64,000 bases of DNA from Spirochaetota bacterium. Its GTDB lineage: Bacteria; Spirochaetota; GWE2-31-10; MWDO01. Where the stretch lies: positions 13,917 to 77,916 of the forward strand of contig JAVBQL010000018.1 in NCBI GenBank assembly GCA_031549085.1. The letters run 5' to 3'. The notes beneath the pieces are model-generated. The model worked only from the letters and a program-made list of their open reading frames with translations. It did no database searches and was not told the DNA's origin. This document shows positions 9,934-20,927 of the stretch, piece after piece. The translations under genes and the position numbers were made by a program. Position 1 is the stretch's first letter. Every line of letters begins with the position of its first letter.

Positions 9934-10875
9934 ATGGTTGACAAACATGATAATGAGATAAAGCAAAAAATAACAAATATTGTAGATAGTGTTTTTGCAA
10001 CATATAAAAATGAAAAAGAGATAAGCCACATAAGTAAAAATCCTCTTCCATCAAAAGAGAATATAATAGATGTTTTGCAAGATCTCTTTGATATAATATA
10101 TCCGGGATTTTTCTCTAATGTCCATATAAATAATATGGAGTACTACATTGGAAACAAAATCAGCAAAATCTATGATATTCTATCAAATGAGATTGCAAAG
10201 AGCTATCGATATGAGATGTTTCTAAAAAATCCAAATGTTGATAGCTGTGAAAGTTGTCTTGCACTCTGCATGAATAATGGTATTGAATCGACTCTGCTGT
10301 TATTAGAAAGCCTGCCAGATTTGAGAAGGAAGCTTGCTCTTGATGTTGCGGCTGCTTTTGCTGGTGATCCTGCTGCTAAAAGTACAACAGAGGTAACTTT
10401 CAGCTACCCAAGTATTCAAGCTGTTACGATATATAGAGTTGCCCATATCTTGCAGAATCAAAAGATCCCTCTGATTCCACGTATAATGTCAGAGTATGCA
10501 CATACAATAACTGGTATCGATATACACCCTGGTGCAGTGATAGGGGAGAGCTTCTTTATTGATCATGGCAGCGGTGTTGTAATAGGCGGGACTGCGATCA
10601 TAGGTAACAATGTTAGGATGTATCAAGGTGTAACACTTGGAGCCTTCAATTTTCCTAAAGATGAGCATGGTAATTTGATACGTAATCAAAAGAGACACCC
10701 AACCATAGAGGATAATGTTATTATCTATGCAGGTGCTACGATCTCTGGTGGAGATACAATTATAGGGCATGACTCTATAATAGGCGGAAATGTGTGGATT
10801 GCAAAATCAATTAAGCCATGTTCAAAGGTAACAGTAAGTAACCTTGAAAATAGTGTAACTATAAAAGAGAGATAG
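9934..10875 (+). CDS. cysE: serine O-acetyltransferase
   Basis: Hexapeptide left-handed beta-helix repeats (GIDIHPGAVIGESFFIDHGSGVVIGGTAIIGNNV) with a SATase-like N-terminal helical domain. Confidence 0.7.
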   Translation: MVDKHDNEIKQKITNIVDSVFATYKNEKEISHISKNPLPSKENIIDVLQDLFDIIYPGFFSNVHINNMEYYIGNKISKIYDILSNEIAKSYRYEMFLKNPNVDSCESCLALCMNNGIESTLLLLESLPDLRRKLALDVAAAFAGDPAAKSTTEVTFSYPSIQAVTIYRVAHILQNQKIPLIPRIMSEYAHTITGIDIHPGAVIGESFFIDHGSGVVIGGTAIIGNNVRMYQGVTLGAFNFPKDEHGNLIRNQKRHPTIEDNVIIYAGATISGGDTIIGHDSIIGGNVWIAKSIKPCSKVTVSNLENSVTIKER

Positions 10876-10899
10876 TTATAATAGACTTAAATTAAAAAA

Positions 10900-10930
10900 G
10901 GGAGACAATAATATTTTGTCTCCCTTTTTA
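10900..10930. terminator. bidirectional intrinsic terminator between convergent cysE and the PilZ gene
   Basis: GGGAGACAA-taatatt-TTGTCTCCC with A-run upstream and T-run downstream. Confidence 0.65.
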
Positions 10931-10959
10931 CTTTCCAGCGCACATGCCACTATTCAATC

Positions 10960-12174
10960 TTAATCTTTTTTATTATACAGGTGTTTTTCTAAGAATGCAA
11001 AATCCTCAGGCTTTATATCTAAGAATATAAAACCAAGTATATATTTATCATGCTGTTTAATTTTTCTAACCAGTTTTGAAGATACAAAAATCTCTCTGTC
11101 ATCTATTTTAAAAGATAGCTTAAAGTTTTTGCCTTGAGGGAAGATCTGTTCAATTTTTTCATTTTCTGTTCCATCGTTTATTACTATACCAAGTCCACCA
11201 GGGCTTAAATCAGCAATTGGTAAATTAATCTCTACTGGATCACCCTCCTCCTCTTTGAAGTAGTTATTCATCATAAGGGTATATGTCATTATTTTTGAAA
11301 ACTGCACTGTATAGTTTATAATTTTTTCATCTATTTTTATACCTCTGTCGTGATCATTAACTAGATAGATAAGAGCCACAACATAGTCTTTATATAGAAC
11401 AGGTATAATTGCATATGAAAATATATTTGCCCTTGATATTGTTATCAGGTGGCTTGAGATCACCTTGTTAATTGCTTGAAGATCGGTGTTATTCTCTTTC
11501 ACTTCAAAATCGATATAGTCTTGTTTGGTCAAGTTGTCTATAGAGTCATAGATACGTCTTGTTGGAAAATCTGCACGTGTATTTAGAAAAATTACAGCCT
11601 TACCCTTATCAATTAGGGCCTTTTCAAAAAAGGTCTTTGGCTTTATGTTCCGAAGCATCACTATTTTATTGTAATAGACAAGAACATTCATCTTCTCTTT
11701 AAACCTTTTTAAGAGGGTCTCTATCTTTAGCTCACTAAAGTCTGCACTAATCGGCGGTGTATCTGGATAGTATGACATAGAAGTTTTTGGGTAGTTTAAT
11801 TCGTGAAGCTCCCCATGAGTGTGTATTTTTACCTGTATATTTCCATTTATTGCTATTCTATCATATTTTCTATCAAGACTTTTAACTATCACCTCTGGAT
11901 TTTCGACAATTATGGTGTTACTTCTCATTTTTATTATATGTGTCTTAAATGTATGATAGTTATTTTGAAAGTAGAAAAAGGCATTTAAAATATCTGGTAC
12001 ATTAAATATCTCTTTTTCTGATGGTTCAAGCTCAATTTTAAGTTCTCTTGTGTTCATCTCTGTGATGATGCCAGAGCTTGTATTTGATTTTGATTTGAAT
12101 TCTATACCGACTTTGTTTTTTAATAGAAAATTGAAAACGAAATCTTTCTCTAATCTTTTTAAAGATACACCCAT
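10960..12174 (-). CDS. PilZ-domain (c-di-GMP-binding) protein
   Basis: C-terminal PilZ signature ...DLSPGGLGIV... preceded by a region with R-rich motifs. Confidence 0.5.
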   Translation of the reverse strand: MGVSLKRLEKDFVFNFLLKNKVGIEFKSKSNTSSGIITEMNTRELKIELEPSEKEIFNVPDILNAFFYFQNNYHTFKTHIIKMRSNTIIVENPEVIVKSLDRKYDRIAINGNIQVKIHTHGELHELNYPKTSMSYYPDTPPISADFSELKIETLLKRFKEKMNVLVYYNKIVMLRNIKPKTFFEKALIDKGKAVIFLNTRADFPTRRIYDSIDNLTKQDYIDFEVKENNTDLQAINKVISSHLITISRANIFSYAIIPVLYKDYVVALIYLVNDHDRGIKIDEKIINYTVQFSKIMTYTLMMNNYFKEEEGDPVEINLPIADLSPGGLGIVINDGTENEKIEQIFPQGKNFKLSFKIDDREIFVSSKLVRKIKQHDKYILGFIFLDIKPEDFAFLEKHLYNKKD

Positions 12175-12189
12175 ATTTTTTATCCTAAA

Positions 12190-13032
12190 TTAATCCAAAG
12201 TATATATTTTACCGCAAAATTGACAAGATACCTCTATCTTGCCTTGCTCGTTTAATAGAGTATCAATCTCCTCTTTGCTAAAAGAGTTTATTAAATTACT
12301 AATTTTTTCATAATTGCAATTGCACCTAAAAGAGATCTCTTTTTCATCAAGAATTTCTAAATCAAGCTCTTTTGCATATTTAGAGACAATCTCATCTATA
12401 CCATCACTCTTCAATATATTTGTTATTGAACCAACATTTAAAAAAGCATCATATATTTTATCAATATCCTCTTTGCTTGTATTTGGCAATGCCATTACAA
12501 GCACTCCGCCGCAAGACTCAATCTCATTTTTGTTATTGATAGATGAGCCAATGTTTATTGTAGAATCTATCTGCAAAGATTGATTAAGGTAGATTGCAAC
12601 ATCTTCTGCAATTTCACCAGTCTCAATAAGTGTAATTGAGCTATATGGCTTCCCATTTTTAGCATACCTATTTGTAACAATCTCTCCAAGACCAATATAC
12701 TCATTTGCTAAAAGAGAGCCATTCGCAATCGAACCATCAAGCAGAGGCAAATCTGTCTCTTCTATATAGCCTCTGACACTCCCATCTCCTCTAGCTTCCA
12801 CAAAAATATTTTTTGCAGGACCTGTACATTTCCACTGCATAGAGAATATATCAGAATCATTTTTCAAATTGCCGCTTAAGAGAACCACAGCTGTTGCAAC
12901 CCTTGATAGTATTGTTGTTGATATTATATTTGTTTTGTGGTTTTCTTGAAAAACCTTTGCAACATCTTTAAGATCTGCAAAATAGGCATGAATATTTTTA
13001 TCTTTTGATAATGTTCTAATAAGACGACCCAC
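12190..13032 (-). CDS. hslO: redox-regulated chaperone Hsp33
   Basis: About 280 aa with C-terminal zinc centre CxC...CxxC (FRCNCNYEK...SCQFCGKIY). Confidence 0.75.
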   Translation of the reverse strand: MGRLIRTLSKDKNIHAYFADLKDVAKVFQENHKTNIISTTILSRVATAVVLLSGNLKNDSDIFSMQWKCTGPAKNIFVEARGDGSVRGYIEETDLPLLDGSIANGSLLANEYIGLGEIVTNRYAKNGKPYSSITLIETGEIAEDVAIYLNQSLQIDSTINIGSSINNKNEIESCGGVLVMALPNTSKEDIDKIYDAFLNVGSITNILKSDGIDEIVSKYAKELDLEILDEKEISFRCNCNYEKISNLINSFSKEEIDTLLNEQGKIEVSCQFCGKIYTLD

Positions 13033-13245
13033 AAAAAGTACCTTTTTAAATAATATAAATTAACTTAAGTTAAATTGACGAGATTAATTTAACTTTTAGA
13101 GTATATAAATACTATAATATAAAAGTTCTATATTTTCAATCCATAATTAAAAAAAGATTAAAAATAAAAAAAATATTAAATTAATCAACATATAATCTAT
13201 TCATAGAGGGAAATGACTTATAAATAGGTTTTTTATAGCTATATG

Positions 13246-14325
13246 CTAGCTATTGCTATATTTTATTCTAGGATCGACCAGAGCTAGAAGCAAGTCAGAA
13301 ATAATCATTCCAAGAAGTATTAAAAAGCTTATAAACATGAGGTTTGTCATTACAAGGTATATATCTTCCTGCAATACAGCCTCATACATAAGACGCCCTA
13401 TGCCGGGGTAGGAGAATATTATTTCCAATATAAGTGAGCCAGAGAATAGGCTTGCAATCAGGTTAGCGCTGCTTGTTATATATGGATTCAATGTGTTGCG
13501 GAATGCGTGGTTAAAATAGATCCTCTTTTCACTTATACCCCTCGAACGAAGGGCTGTTATATAGGGCTGTCCAATTTGATCAAGCATTGTAGCACGAACC
13601 ATTCGCAGTGTCCCGCCGATGCCCCCAAGAAACGCACCTATCAGAGGCAGTGCTATGTGGTATGTATAGCTAAAGACAAATTTCACAGGTGCATCTTTAT
13701 ATGTAAAGTCTGGGTAGGCTGTTACTGGAAAGAGCGATGTATTTAATGCAAAGAGCTGCAAGAGAATCAAGAGCATCATAGATGGAAAGGCGTGAAAAAC
13801 CATCGAGACAAACGATATTACTATGTCGGCAGTTGTCCCTGCCTTCGAAGAAAAATAGATCCCAAGTATAAATGAGAATACTGTTAGAAAAAATAGTGAA
13901 ATCAAATTCAAGATTAGAGAGTTTATCAATCTCTCTTTTATAAGGAAGGTTATTGGAGCTTTTGATATCAGAGATCGCCCTAAATCATGATCAACAAAGA
14001 CCTTCTTTAGCCAGACATAGTATTGCACATAGAAGGGTTTATCAAGCCCAAGCCTTGCCTTTGCAAGCTTTATCTCCTCTTCATTATATATGTTATCTTT
14101 ATTTCTGAATTCATTTGTATTCATTAGTTGGCTTTTGACATAGTTATCAACCACATCGCCCGGGGATAGCTCCATTAGACCAAATACTGCAAGCCCCAAA
14201 AATAGAAGCATAATAACCATAGAGAAAATTCTCGAGAGCAAAAAATAGAGAAGGGGCAATTTTTTTCTGAAAGCTGCTATTAAATTGAAAAGAGCTTTTG
14301 GAACTATTTTTATGGTATCAAGCAT
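13246..14325 (-). CDS. ABC transporter permease (OppB/DppB-like)
   Basis: Six-TM permease with binding-protein-dependent transporter signature region (...RSRGISEKRIYFNHAFRN...). Confidence 0.6.
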   Translation of the reverse strand: MLDTIKIVPKALFNLIAAFRKKLPLLYFLLSRIFSMVIMLLFLGLAVFGLMELSPGDVVDNYVKSQLMNTNEFRNKDNIYNEEEIKLAKARLGLDKPFYVQYYVWLKKVFVDHDLGRSLISKAPITFLIKERLINSLILNLISLFFLTVFSFILGIYFSSKAGTTADIVISFVSMVFHAFPSMMLLILLQLFALNTSLFPVTAYPDFTYKDAPVKFVFSYTYHIALPLIGAFLGGIGGTLRMVRATMLDQIGQPYITALRSRGISEKRIYFNHAFRNTLNPYITSSANLIASLFSGSLILEIIFSYPGIGRLMYEAVLQEDIYLVMTNLMFISFLILLGMIISDLLLALVDPRIKYSNS

Positions 14326-14587
14326 ACAGCTATTTAATAACTATTAAAAAAAATGTCAACCTATTTTTTTAGTGATGGTAGTTTTATTTAAGATTATTCT
14401 CTCTTTATATAGGTAATGACATAGTTATAACTAATAGTTTTTATTGTATTTTTTATTTAAATATAGTAGTTCTACTTTAATAAAAATAATTGCGTTACCA
14501 ATTATTTTATGTTATAAGATTTTTTGTTCTATTATTTTTTTTCTTAAAACACATACAACATAATTTTTATTAAAAACGGACTTTCCT

Positions 14588-16573
14588 TTGAAAAAATTAT
14601 CTCTTATATTTTTTACACTTTTTTTCTTTGTTTTACCTCATGCTCTCTATTCTCAAGAGTATGATGACGAGAGTGACTACACCTATGATGATTCCACCAA
14701 TAGCAGCGGCGATACTACATACACCTCTCCCTCTGAGCAGCTTCATGTAGGTGGAGATCCTGCAAAGAGAGCTGAAAATGAGAGATTTGATAAAATTGAA
14801 CGTGAAATCTATTCAATAAAAAAAGAGCTTGAACTTTTAAAACGAAATCAATGGTTTAGTTTCAATATAGATGCCTCATCAAGATTGGTTTTTGGTGCTG
14901 CAGTTATAACAAAAGATGGCTACAACTTAAATAGAAATATGCCAGTCTCTCTTGGATTCGATTTTATTAATAGAATTAAGATGAGTATGAACTTGGGGCA
15001 GACTGTGGTCAGCAGCAGCGAGGTGGCGAATAATGGTACAGAGGTATCTGTCAAACTTAAATTTCAATCATATAGAACTGAAGATTTAGTGCCAAAAGGG
15101 AGCTACTACACACTTGATGTTACAGATGATCAAGGCAACAAGACACAAATTTACCTTCCAAAATATGACAATAGTGGCTGGACAAATATGCTATTTGGTA
15201 ATTTTCAGCTGGTTTTTGAAGAGATTAAGGTAAGTAATATTGCTGGAATTGGACTCTTTGTAAACTACTATGATGTTAAAGAGGTTCAAAAATATTATGG
15301 TGTTACAACATTTGCTGATCTTATAATGCTAAATGGCTTCTATTTTGATGATGTCTTCTTCACTGATAGAAGTGAGAACTATGATCCAAAAAGGAACAGA
15401 ACTATATACTATGGCTTTAAATCGGAGAAGTATGATAGATATAGCTATTATGATTATGATGCGACAGCCACAGAGTCTGTTGCTGTTCAATTTTGGAATG
15501 AGTATTCATTGGGTATAAACCCAACAAACAGCAATGGAAATCAGAAGCCGCACGGGTTCTCTATTGGTTATGAGGGTAAGATCTCACAAGGTGTTGAACC
15601 ATATATTGAATTTGGTGGAGCAACAAAAGATGCTTTTGACCCGCAATATTTTGATGATGAGCAGATTGATGCCGGTTTCTTTTTAGAGGGGGCGATACAT
15701 CTCTACACAAAGAGCTTCTCTTTCTATCCAAAGCTTGCATTAAGCTTTGCATTTCAAACAGATACAGTAAATGATGTTGCTCCAGATTCTGGCTATAGTA
15801 CATTTAGCTCCTCTCTAAATGTACCTTTAGCTTTTCAGCTTCCAACAGGTGAGTTTGATAGAGTAAATCTCGACTTCAGCTGGAGCATAAATACCCACTT
15901 TGCATATCCATCTGTTGCAACAATGTTCTCTTTCTTTCCAGAGTTTGTTCTATTTAATAATAAGTTATCAATATCAATCCCACTGGTATATTCATATAAA
16001 TATAGACAGGGTGGCTTCTTAAGTATAGGTAATGAGAACTATAAGGTTCTATATCAAGATGCTGAGGATAGTCTTTTCAATCTTGGCTTTATTGTTAATG
16101 TAGATTCAAGGGACAGATTTGGCGATATGTTTCAATACTCTATAAATAATAAGATACTCTTAGCTGTAAATTCAGTTGAGAATCGCCCAGAGGTATTCTT
16201 TTATGAAATATGCAGAAATACATGGTCATTCAATGATATAGGGCCAAAGAGATTGTCTCTCTACTTTGAGATGGGCTATGCACTTGGATATGATATAAGG
16301 CTTATTAGTGCAAACTACCACTACAATCCATATACAAGATACTGGTACGATGAGAGTGATAATAATACTATCGTGAACGTAAATACATCAACTGAGAGGT
16401 GGCATATTGCCAACATTCTTCGCTTTGAGACGGGTATGGATATGCTTATAATGAAGAACTTAAGCTTTGGTTTTAGTATTGAATCTCCGAAATTGTTCTT
16501 AGGACTTAATACTCCTATTGATCAGCAGAGATACTTTACTACTATTAGAGTATGGTCAGAGATAAGGCTCTAA
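14588..16573 (+). CDS. secreted / outer-membrane protein, unknown family
   Basis: Signal peptide, acidic Tyr/Asp-rich stretch, short coiled coil, then long aromatic-rich beta-strand-like sequence. Confidence 0.4.
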   Translation: MKKLSLIFFTLFFFVLPHALYSQEYDDESDYTYDDSTNSSGDTTYTSPSEQLHVGGDPAKRAENERFDKIEREIYSIKKELELLKRNQWFSFNIDASSRLVFGAAVITKDGYNLNRNMPVSLGFDFINRIKMSMNLGQTVVSSSEVANNGTEVSVKLKFQSYRTEDLVPKGSYYTLDVTDDQGNKTQIYLPKYDNSGWTNMLFGNFQLVFEEIKVSNIAGIGLFVNYYDVKEVQKYYGVTTFADLIMLNGFYFDDVFFTDRSENYDPKRNRTIYYGFKSEKYDRYSYYDYDATATESVAVQFWNEYSLGINPTNSNGNQKPHGFSIGYEGKISQGVEPYIEFGGATKDAFDPQYFDDEQIDAGFFLEGAIHLYTKSFSFYPKLALSFAFQTDTVNDVAPDSGYSTFSSSLNVPLAFQLPTGEFDRVNLDFSWSINTHFAYPSVATMFSFFPEFVLFNNKLSISIPLVYSYKYRQGGFLSIGNENYKVLYQDAEDSLFNLGFIVNVDSRDRFGDMFQYSINNKILLAVNSVENRPEVFFYEICRNTWSFNDIGPKRLSLYFEMGYALGYDIRLISANYHYNPYTRYWYDESDNNTIVNVNTSTERWHIANILRFETGMDMLIMKNLSFGFSIESPKLFLGLNTPIDQQRYFTTIRVWSEIRL

Positions 16574-17544
16574 AATTAAATAAAAAACAGGATTGCATTA
16601 TGAGTGATAACGATTTTACGATCAAAGCAGATGTAATCATTGATTTCATTACAAATTATCAAGAGAAGAACCCAATAATATTGGCTTATGTAAGACCTGA
16701 ATCCAACGAAGTTAATTATGAAAAATCGATAATTAAGGGTGTCTCCAAATATGGGGAGGTTGTCTATCTTGCCAATCTAAATGGAAGGCTCTTTATAAGG
16801 GATCAGCTTATAACAGATCACTACTCTTCACAGTACAGATTTTCAGTATACACAAAAAAAGAGATTGAAAAATACCCAGAACTGGTAAAAAATTTTGAAG
16901 ACCATTTTCATGTTAAGTTTGAAGATGCTGATATAATAGGTCCATTTGATGCTATATTAAAGATGGATATAAGTGATGAGGATCTTTTTAATAGTATAGT
17001 TGGAAAAGATGATTTTCTAAAATTCTGTGGTCAAACAATTAAAAAGATAAAGCAATATTATGTTGTAAACTATAACATGCCATACCTCATAAAAAAATAT
17101 AGTCCCCAATCAAATGTATTTGTAATTGCAATAAGGCTTCATTCAGAAGAGATTAATTTTATGGAGATAAATCAATCCATATTTGAGCAGATGCAATTGA
17201 ATAAGAACCCTCTTATAGGTGAGGATATATTAAAATCTATGGAGTGGAATGAGAAAATCAAGAGGACATACCATGTGTCAAGAAATCACTTGACAGCCAC
17301 ATTTGATATGCTCGATTTTATAATTAGAAACAATGGTTCTCATTTGAATTTGTCAGAGACTCCATTTGGAATGATGCTTATTGATGATTATGGATTTACG
17401 GTAGATGATATCCTTTCAATGAAGGACAGGCAGCTTTTCTATATAAATGATGATAAAGGCAGAAGATTGATCAATATATTAGATGAAGCTAATAATCTCT
17501 CAATGAAAGATTGTGCATCTATGCTTAAAAAGCTTGAATTTTAA
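16552..17544 (+). CDS. hypothetical cytoplasmic protein (start may be 16600, MSDNDF...)
   Basis: 330-aa ORF with no recognisable motif. Overlaps the previous stop. Confidence 0.35.
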   Translation: MVRDKALKLNKKQDCIMSDNDFTIKADVIIDFITNYQEKNPIILAYVRPESNEVNYEKSIIKGVSKYGEVVYLANLNGRLFIRDQLITDHYSSQYRFSVYTKKEIEKYPELVKNFEDHFHVKFEDADIIGPFDAILKMDISDEDLFNSIVGKDDFLKFCGQTIKKIKQYYVVNYNMPYLIKKYSPQSNVFVIAIRLHSEEINFMEINQSIFEQMQLNKNPLIGEDILKSMEWNEKIKRTYHVSRNHLTATFDMLDFIIRNNGSHLNLSETPFGMMLIDDYGFTVDDILSMKDRQLFYINDDKGRRLINILDEANNLSMKDCASMLKKLEF

Positions 17545-17587
17545 AAAAAACTTGACAAAAGAACAACTAAAATTTAGAGTATTACCT

Positions 17588-18304
17588 ATGAAAAAAGATT
17601 TTAAAATAATATTTTTATCCATTTTTATATTTTTACCACTCTTTTCTATTCATTCCGATGATCTTCAGCTTATAGGTGCTAAAGAACTTTTGCAAAAGTT
17701 TTCAGTCAGTTTTAAAGGCAATGCAAAAACCATGAAGGCTGCCATTAAGTGGACTCAGGGAGATGAGATACAAGATGGGGTTTTGATGTTTAAAAACCCG
17801 CAGAAACTTAGAATTAACTTCTCAACTACAAGACAGGTAATTTGTACTAATGGTTATATGCTCTGGGTCTATATTGATTATCTTAATCTGTTGTTAAGAC
17901 AAGAGATAAGAACAAAAGTAAAAAATAAAGATTCCGAAGGACACACCTCTGTAAAGATACCGGATGCCTTGATAAATCCTGTTGGTTATGATAAATATAT
18001 CTCTGATTATTCCATAGACTATGATGTAAAAAACAAACTTGAGTATAAAGATGGCTCTTTTGTATATAGATTTAAGCTTTTAAAGTGGAAATCTTCAAAG
18101 AGCGGATTTAATGTTGTCTATTTGACTGTAAACGAAAATGGTATTATTAGAAAGGTTGAGGGGATAACCCCATCTTTTAAAAGAATAACTATTGAGCTTG
18201 ATGATATAAAATTGAATGAGGATATTGGAGATATCACATTTGAATATGAGCCTCCAACCCATGTTAATATTAAAGATAATTTCATTATTCAAGGGGATGA
18301 GTAG
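17588..18304 (+). CDS. LolA-like periplasmic lipoprotein-carrier-fold protein
   Basis: Signal peptide MKKDFKIIFLSIFIFLPLFS (internal start at 17588 preferred over 17513). LolA-like pattern ...GVLMFKNPQKLRINF...ICTNGYMLWVY.... Confidence 0.45.
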   Translation: MKKDFKIIFLSIFIFLPLFSIHSDDLQLIGAKELLQKFSVSFKGNAKTMKAAIKWTQGDEIQDGVLMFKNPQKLRINFSTTRQVICTNGYMLWVYIDYLNLLLRQEIRTKVKNKDSEGHTSVKIPDALINPVGYDKYISDYSIDYDVKNKLEYKDGSFVYRFKLLKWKSSKSGFNVVYLTVNENGIIRKVEGITPSFKRITIELDDIKLNEDIGDITFEYEPPTHVNIKDNFIIQGDE

Positions 18305-18305
18305 A

Positions 18306-19424
18306 ATGACAAAGTTAGGAGAGTATTTTATAGAGGCTAGAAATAAGCAGAATATTAGTATAGATAGAGTTGTTGAAGATACTCATATAATAAAAAAATT
18401 TATAATTGCTATAGAAAATGATGATTTTTCTGCTTTCCCTGGAGAGGCATATCTCAAAGGTTTTATAAGAACATACAGTGACTATTTGGGACTTGACACC
18501 AAAGAGGCTATAAGGCGCTATGAGATAGTAAAGATGTCTGAGACTCCAACCCCTATGGAGCAGCTTATTCCAAAGCCAAGCTCAAATTTTGGTTTGATAA
18601 TTTCTGTTTGTGTAGTTGTAGCTGTTCTAATCATTGGTATAGGTTTTTTTATTTTTTCAAATCTCTCTAAAGATATATCAACTAAAACAACAGTAGACAA
18701 GACAAAGCAGGCTCAAACTAAACCGGTTAAACCTGTGAAGCCAGCCAAGGCAGCTAATGATACAACCTCTCAAAAAAATTTGATTAAAATTATTGACGAT
18801 ACAAATTCTCTTCAAATAAGAAAGGGAGATAAGATAGAGATTCCAACAGAATTTGGCACTATCTCTTTTGTGATATTGGAGCTTGATCCTGTTCTTAAGA
18901 TTATTGATAACAAAGAGAAGGAGTACTTCTTAATAAAAGGAAATCCAACAAAGATAGATGTAAACAATGATGGAAACTATGATGTTGAAATTACAGTTAA
19001 CTCATGGGATAATAAGAGTGCTGATTTAACTCTTAAAAAATTGGGTGGCGTCTCAAGAAATGAGGAGGTTGACCAAGTTTATGGAAACCTTCAAGGGGAC
19101 AATGTAGAGGTATTGGCTAGAAAAAGTTTAGTAGAGGATATCTCTTTTGAACTTAATATTTTGAGTGATACTTTCTTACGATATAAGGTTGATTTAGAAG
19201 AGCCAGTAGAGAAATGGTTTAAAACAGGTGATAAGATAGAGATAAATGCTAAAACTGGTGCTATAGTATATCTAATTAGTTCTGGAGCTGTAACTTTTGA
19301 TTTCAAATCATTAGATAAAACTTATACAGCAGGAGACATTGGCAAGGTTGATGTAAAACTCATAAAATGGGTGAAAAATAGGACATCAGAAGAGTTTGAG
19401 CTTCAAATTAGCTCTCTAAAATAG
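18306..19424 (+). CDS. rodZ: RodZ-like HTH-TM-periplasmic domain protein
   Basis: N-terminal XRE-type HTH (LGEYFIEARNKQNISIDRVVEDTHI), central TM helix, Pro/Lys/Thr-rich linker, C-terminal beta domain. Start placed at 18306 after the upstream stop, with RBS GGGGATGAG. Confidence 0.5.
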   Translation: MTKLGEYFIEARNKQNISIDRVVEDTHIIKKFIIAIENDDFSAFPGEAYLKGFIRTYSDYLGLDTKEAIRRYEIVKMSETPTPMEQLIPKPSSNFGLIISVCVVVAVLIIGIGFFIFSNLSKDISTKTTVDKTKQAQTKPVKPVKPAKAANDTTSQKNLIKIIDDTNSLQIRKGDKIEIPTEFGTISFVILELDPVLKIIDNKEKEYFLIKGNPTKIDVNNDGNYDVEITVNSWDNKSADLTLKKLGGVSRNEEVDQVYGNLQGDNVEVLARKSLVEDISFELNILSDTFLRYKVDLEEPVEKWFKTGDKIEINAKTGAIVYLISSGAVTFDFKSLDKTYTAGDIGKVDVKLIKWVKNRTSEEFELQISSLK

Positions 19425-19445
19425 GTTTAGGTAAATTATTATATA

Positions 19446-20744
19446 ATGGATAGAGTCTATATAGAGACACTTGGCTGCAGCAAAAACCAAGTTGATTCTG
19501 AAAAATTATTGGCAATTCTTGAAGAGAATGGTTATAAACCAATCACAAATCCTGAAGAGGCAGAGATAATCATCGTTAATACCTGCGGATTTATCAATGA
19601 TGCAAAAGAGGAAGCAATAAATGTTATTCTAGAATTTTCTGAATATAAGAAAATTTGTAACTGCAAAATGTTAATCGCAGCTGGCTGCCTTGTACAAAGA
19701 TACTACAATGAGATAAAAGATGAGCTTCCTGAAGTTGATCTCTTCTTTGGTGTATTTGATCTAACGAAAATAATTGATGCAATAAAAAGTGGTGATAGAG
19801 TATATATACCAAATAAGGGTGAAGATATATACTATAAGCGCAATTTAACTGGCTACCCCGGCAGTGCTTATATCAAGATAAGCGATGGCTGTAATAATAG
19901 ATGCAGCTATTGCGCAATTCCTCTTATAAGAGGCGATCTGAAATCGCGTACAATAGACTCTATAAAAAATGAGATAGAGTTTCTAAAAACTAAAAATGTT
20001 AAAGAGTTTGTTTTTGTGGCACAGGATACAACCAGCTATGGGGTTGATATTAATCTAAGTCTAATAGATTTAATAGAGGCTGTTGATCCAATTTTGCCTA
20101 ATGACAGCTGGCTTAGAATTCTATATATGCACCCTGATAACCTCACAGATGAGATAATAGATGCGTTAAATCATAGTAACCACTTTATACCATACTTTGA
20201 TATTCCACTCCAATCTGGCTCTGATAACATACTAAAACTTATGGGTAGGCGAAACAGCTCATCATATTACCTATCTTTAATAGACAAGATAAAAAAAGAA
20301 TTCGATAATGCTGTGATAAGATCTACTTTTATCGTTGGGTTCCCTGGTGAAACAGAAGAGGATTTTGCTGATACACTAAACTTTATTGAGAAGGCAAGAA
20401 TTGACTGGGTTGGTGGATTTACATATTCAAAAGAGGAGGGGACACGTGCAACACAGTTTCAAGACAAACTCCCTCAAAAAACAAAAGCCAAAAGACTTGA
20501 AGCACTGCTTGACCTATCTGAATCTATAAACAGAGAACTTATGGAGAGATTCTTAGATACAAATCAAAAGGTTTTAATAGAGGAGAAGGTTGGAGATGAC
20601 CTCTATCTTGGTCGTTTTTATGGTCAAGCACCTGAAGTTGATGGTGCTACTGTTGTTACTGCAAATGATGCCACTCTTGGCGATTTTATTAATGTTGATA
20701 TAAAAAAGATAAATGATAAAGATCTTTTTGGCTTTGAATCATAA
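19446..20744 (+). CDS. rimO: MiaB/RimO-family radical-SAM methylthiotransferase (RimO-like)
   Basis: MTTase N-terminal Cys triad (CSKN...NTCGF...), radical-SAM CxxxCxxC (CNNRCSYC), C-terminal TRAM domain, about 432 aa. Confidence 0.75.
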   Translation: MDRVYIETLGCSKNQVDSEKLLAILEENGYKPITNPEEAEIIIVNTCGFINDAKEEAINVILEFSEYKKICNCKMLIAAGCLVQRYYNEIKDELPEVDLFFGVFDLTKIIDAIKSGDRVYIPNKGEDIYYKRNLTGYPGSAYIKISDGCNNRCSYCAIPLIRGDLKSRTIDSIKNEIEFLKTKNVKEFVFVAQDTTSYGVDINLSLIDLIEAVDPILPNDSWLRILYMHPDNLTDEIIDALNHSNHFIPYFDIPLQSGSDNILKLMGRRNSSSYYLSLIDKIKKEFDNAVIRSTFIVGFPGETEEDFADTLNFIEKARIDWVGGFTYSKEEGTRATQFQDKLPQKTKAKRLEALLDLSESINRELMERFLDTNQKVLIEEKVGDDLYLGRFYGQAPEVDGATVVTANDATLGDFINVDIKKINDKDLFGFES

Positions 20745-20927
20745 TATTTTTATATTATATTTTAGTCTAGATAAGATCAAGTTTATTCTATGTGAAGGGA
20801 CAATCCCCCACTCTTTAGAGTGAAGGAAAATGTATTGACCCATGAAGTAAAAATCTTAAAGAACTAGCATATTCCATTGCTTGCGGTGGAGTTGTTAATT
20901 AAGATTAGTTTTGAAGGAGGTCCTGTT

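Noticed and set aside
20745-20876. Possible structured RNA in the rimO-aroQ spacer (CACTCT..AGAGTG)
   Set aside because: Only a 6-bp stem with no U-run and no recognisable riboswitch core. Not compelling.
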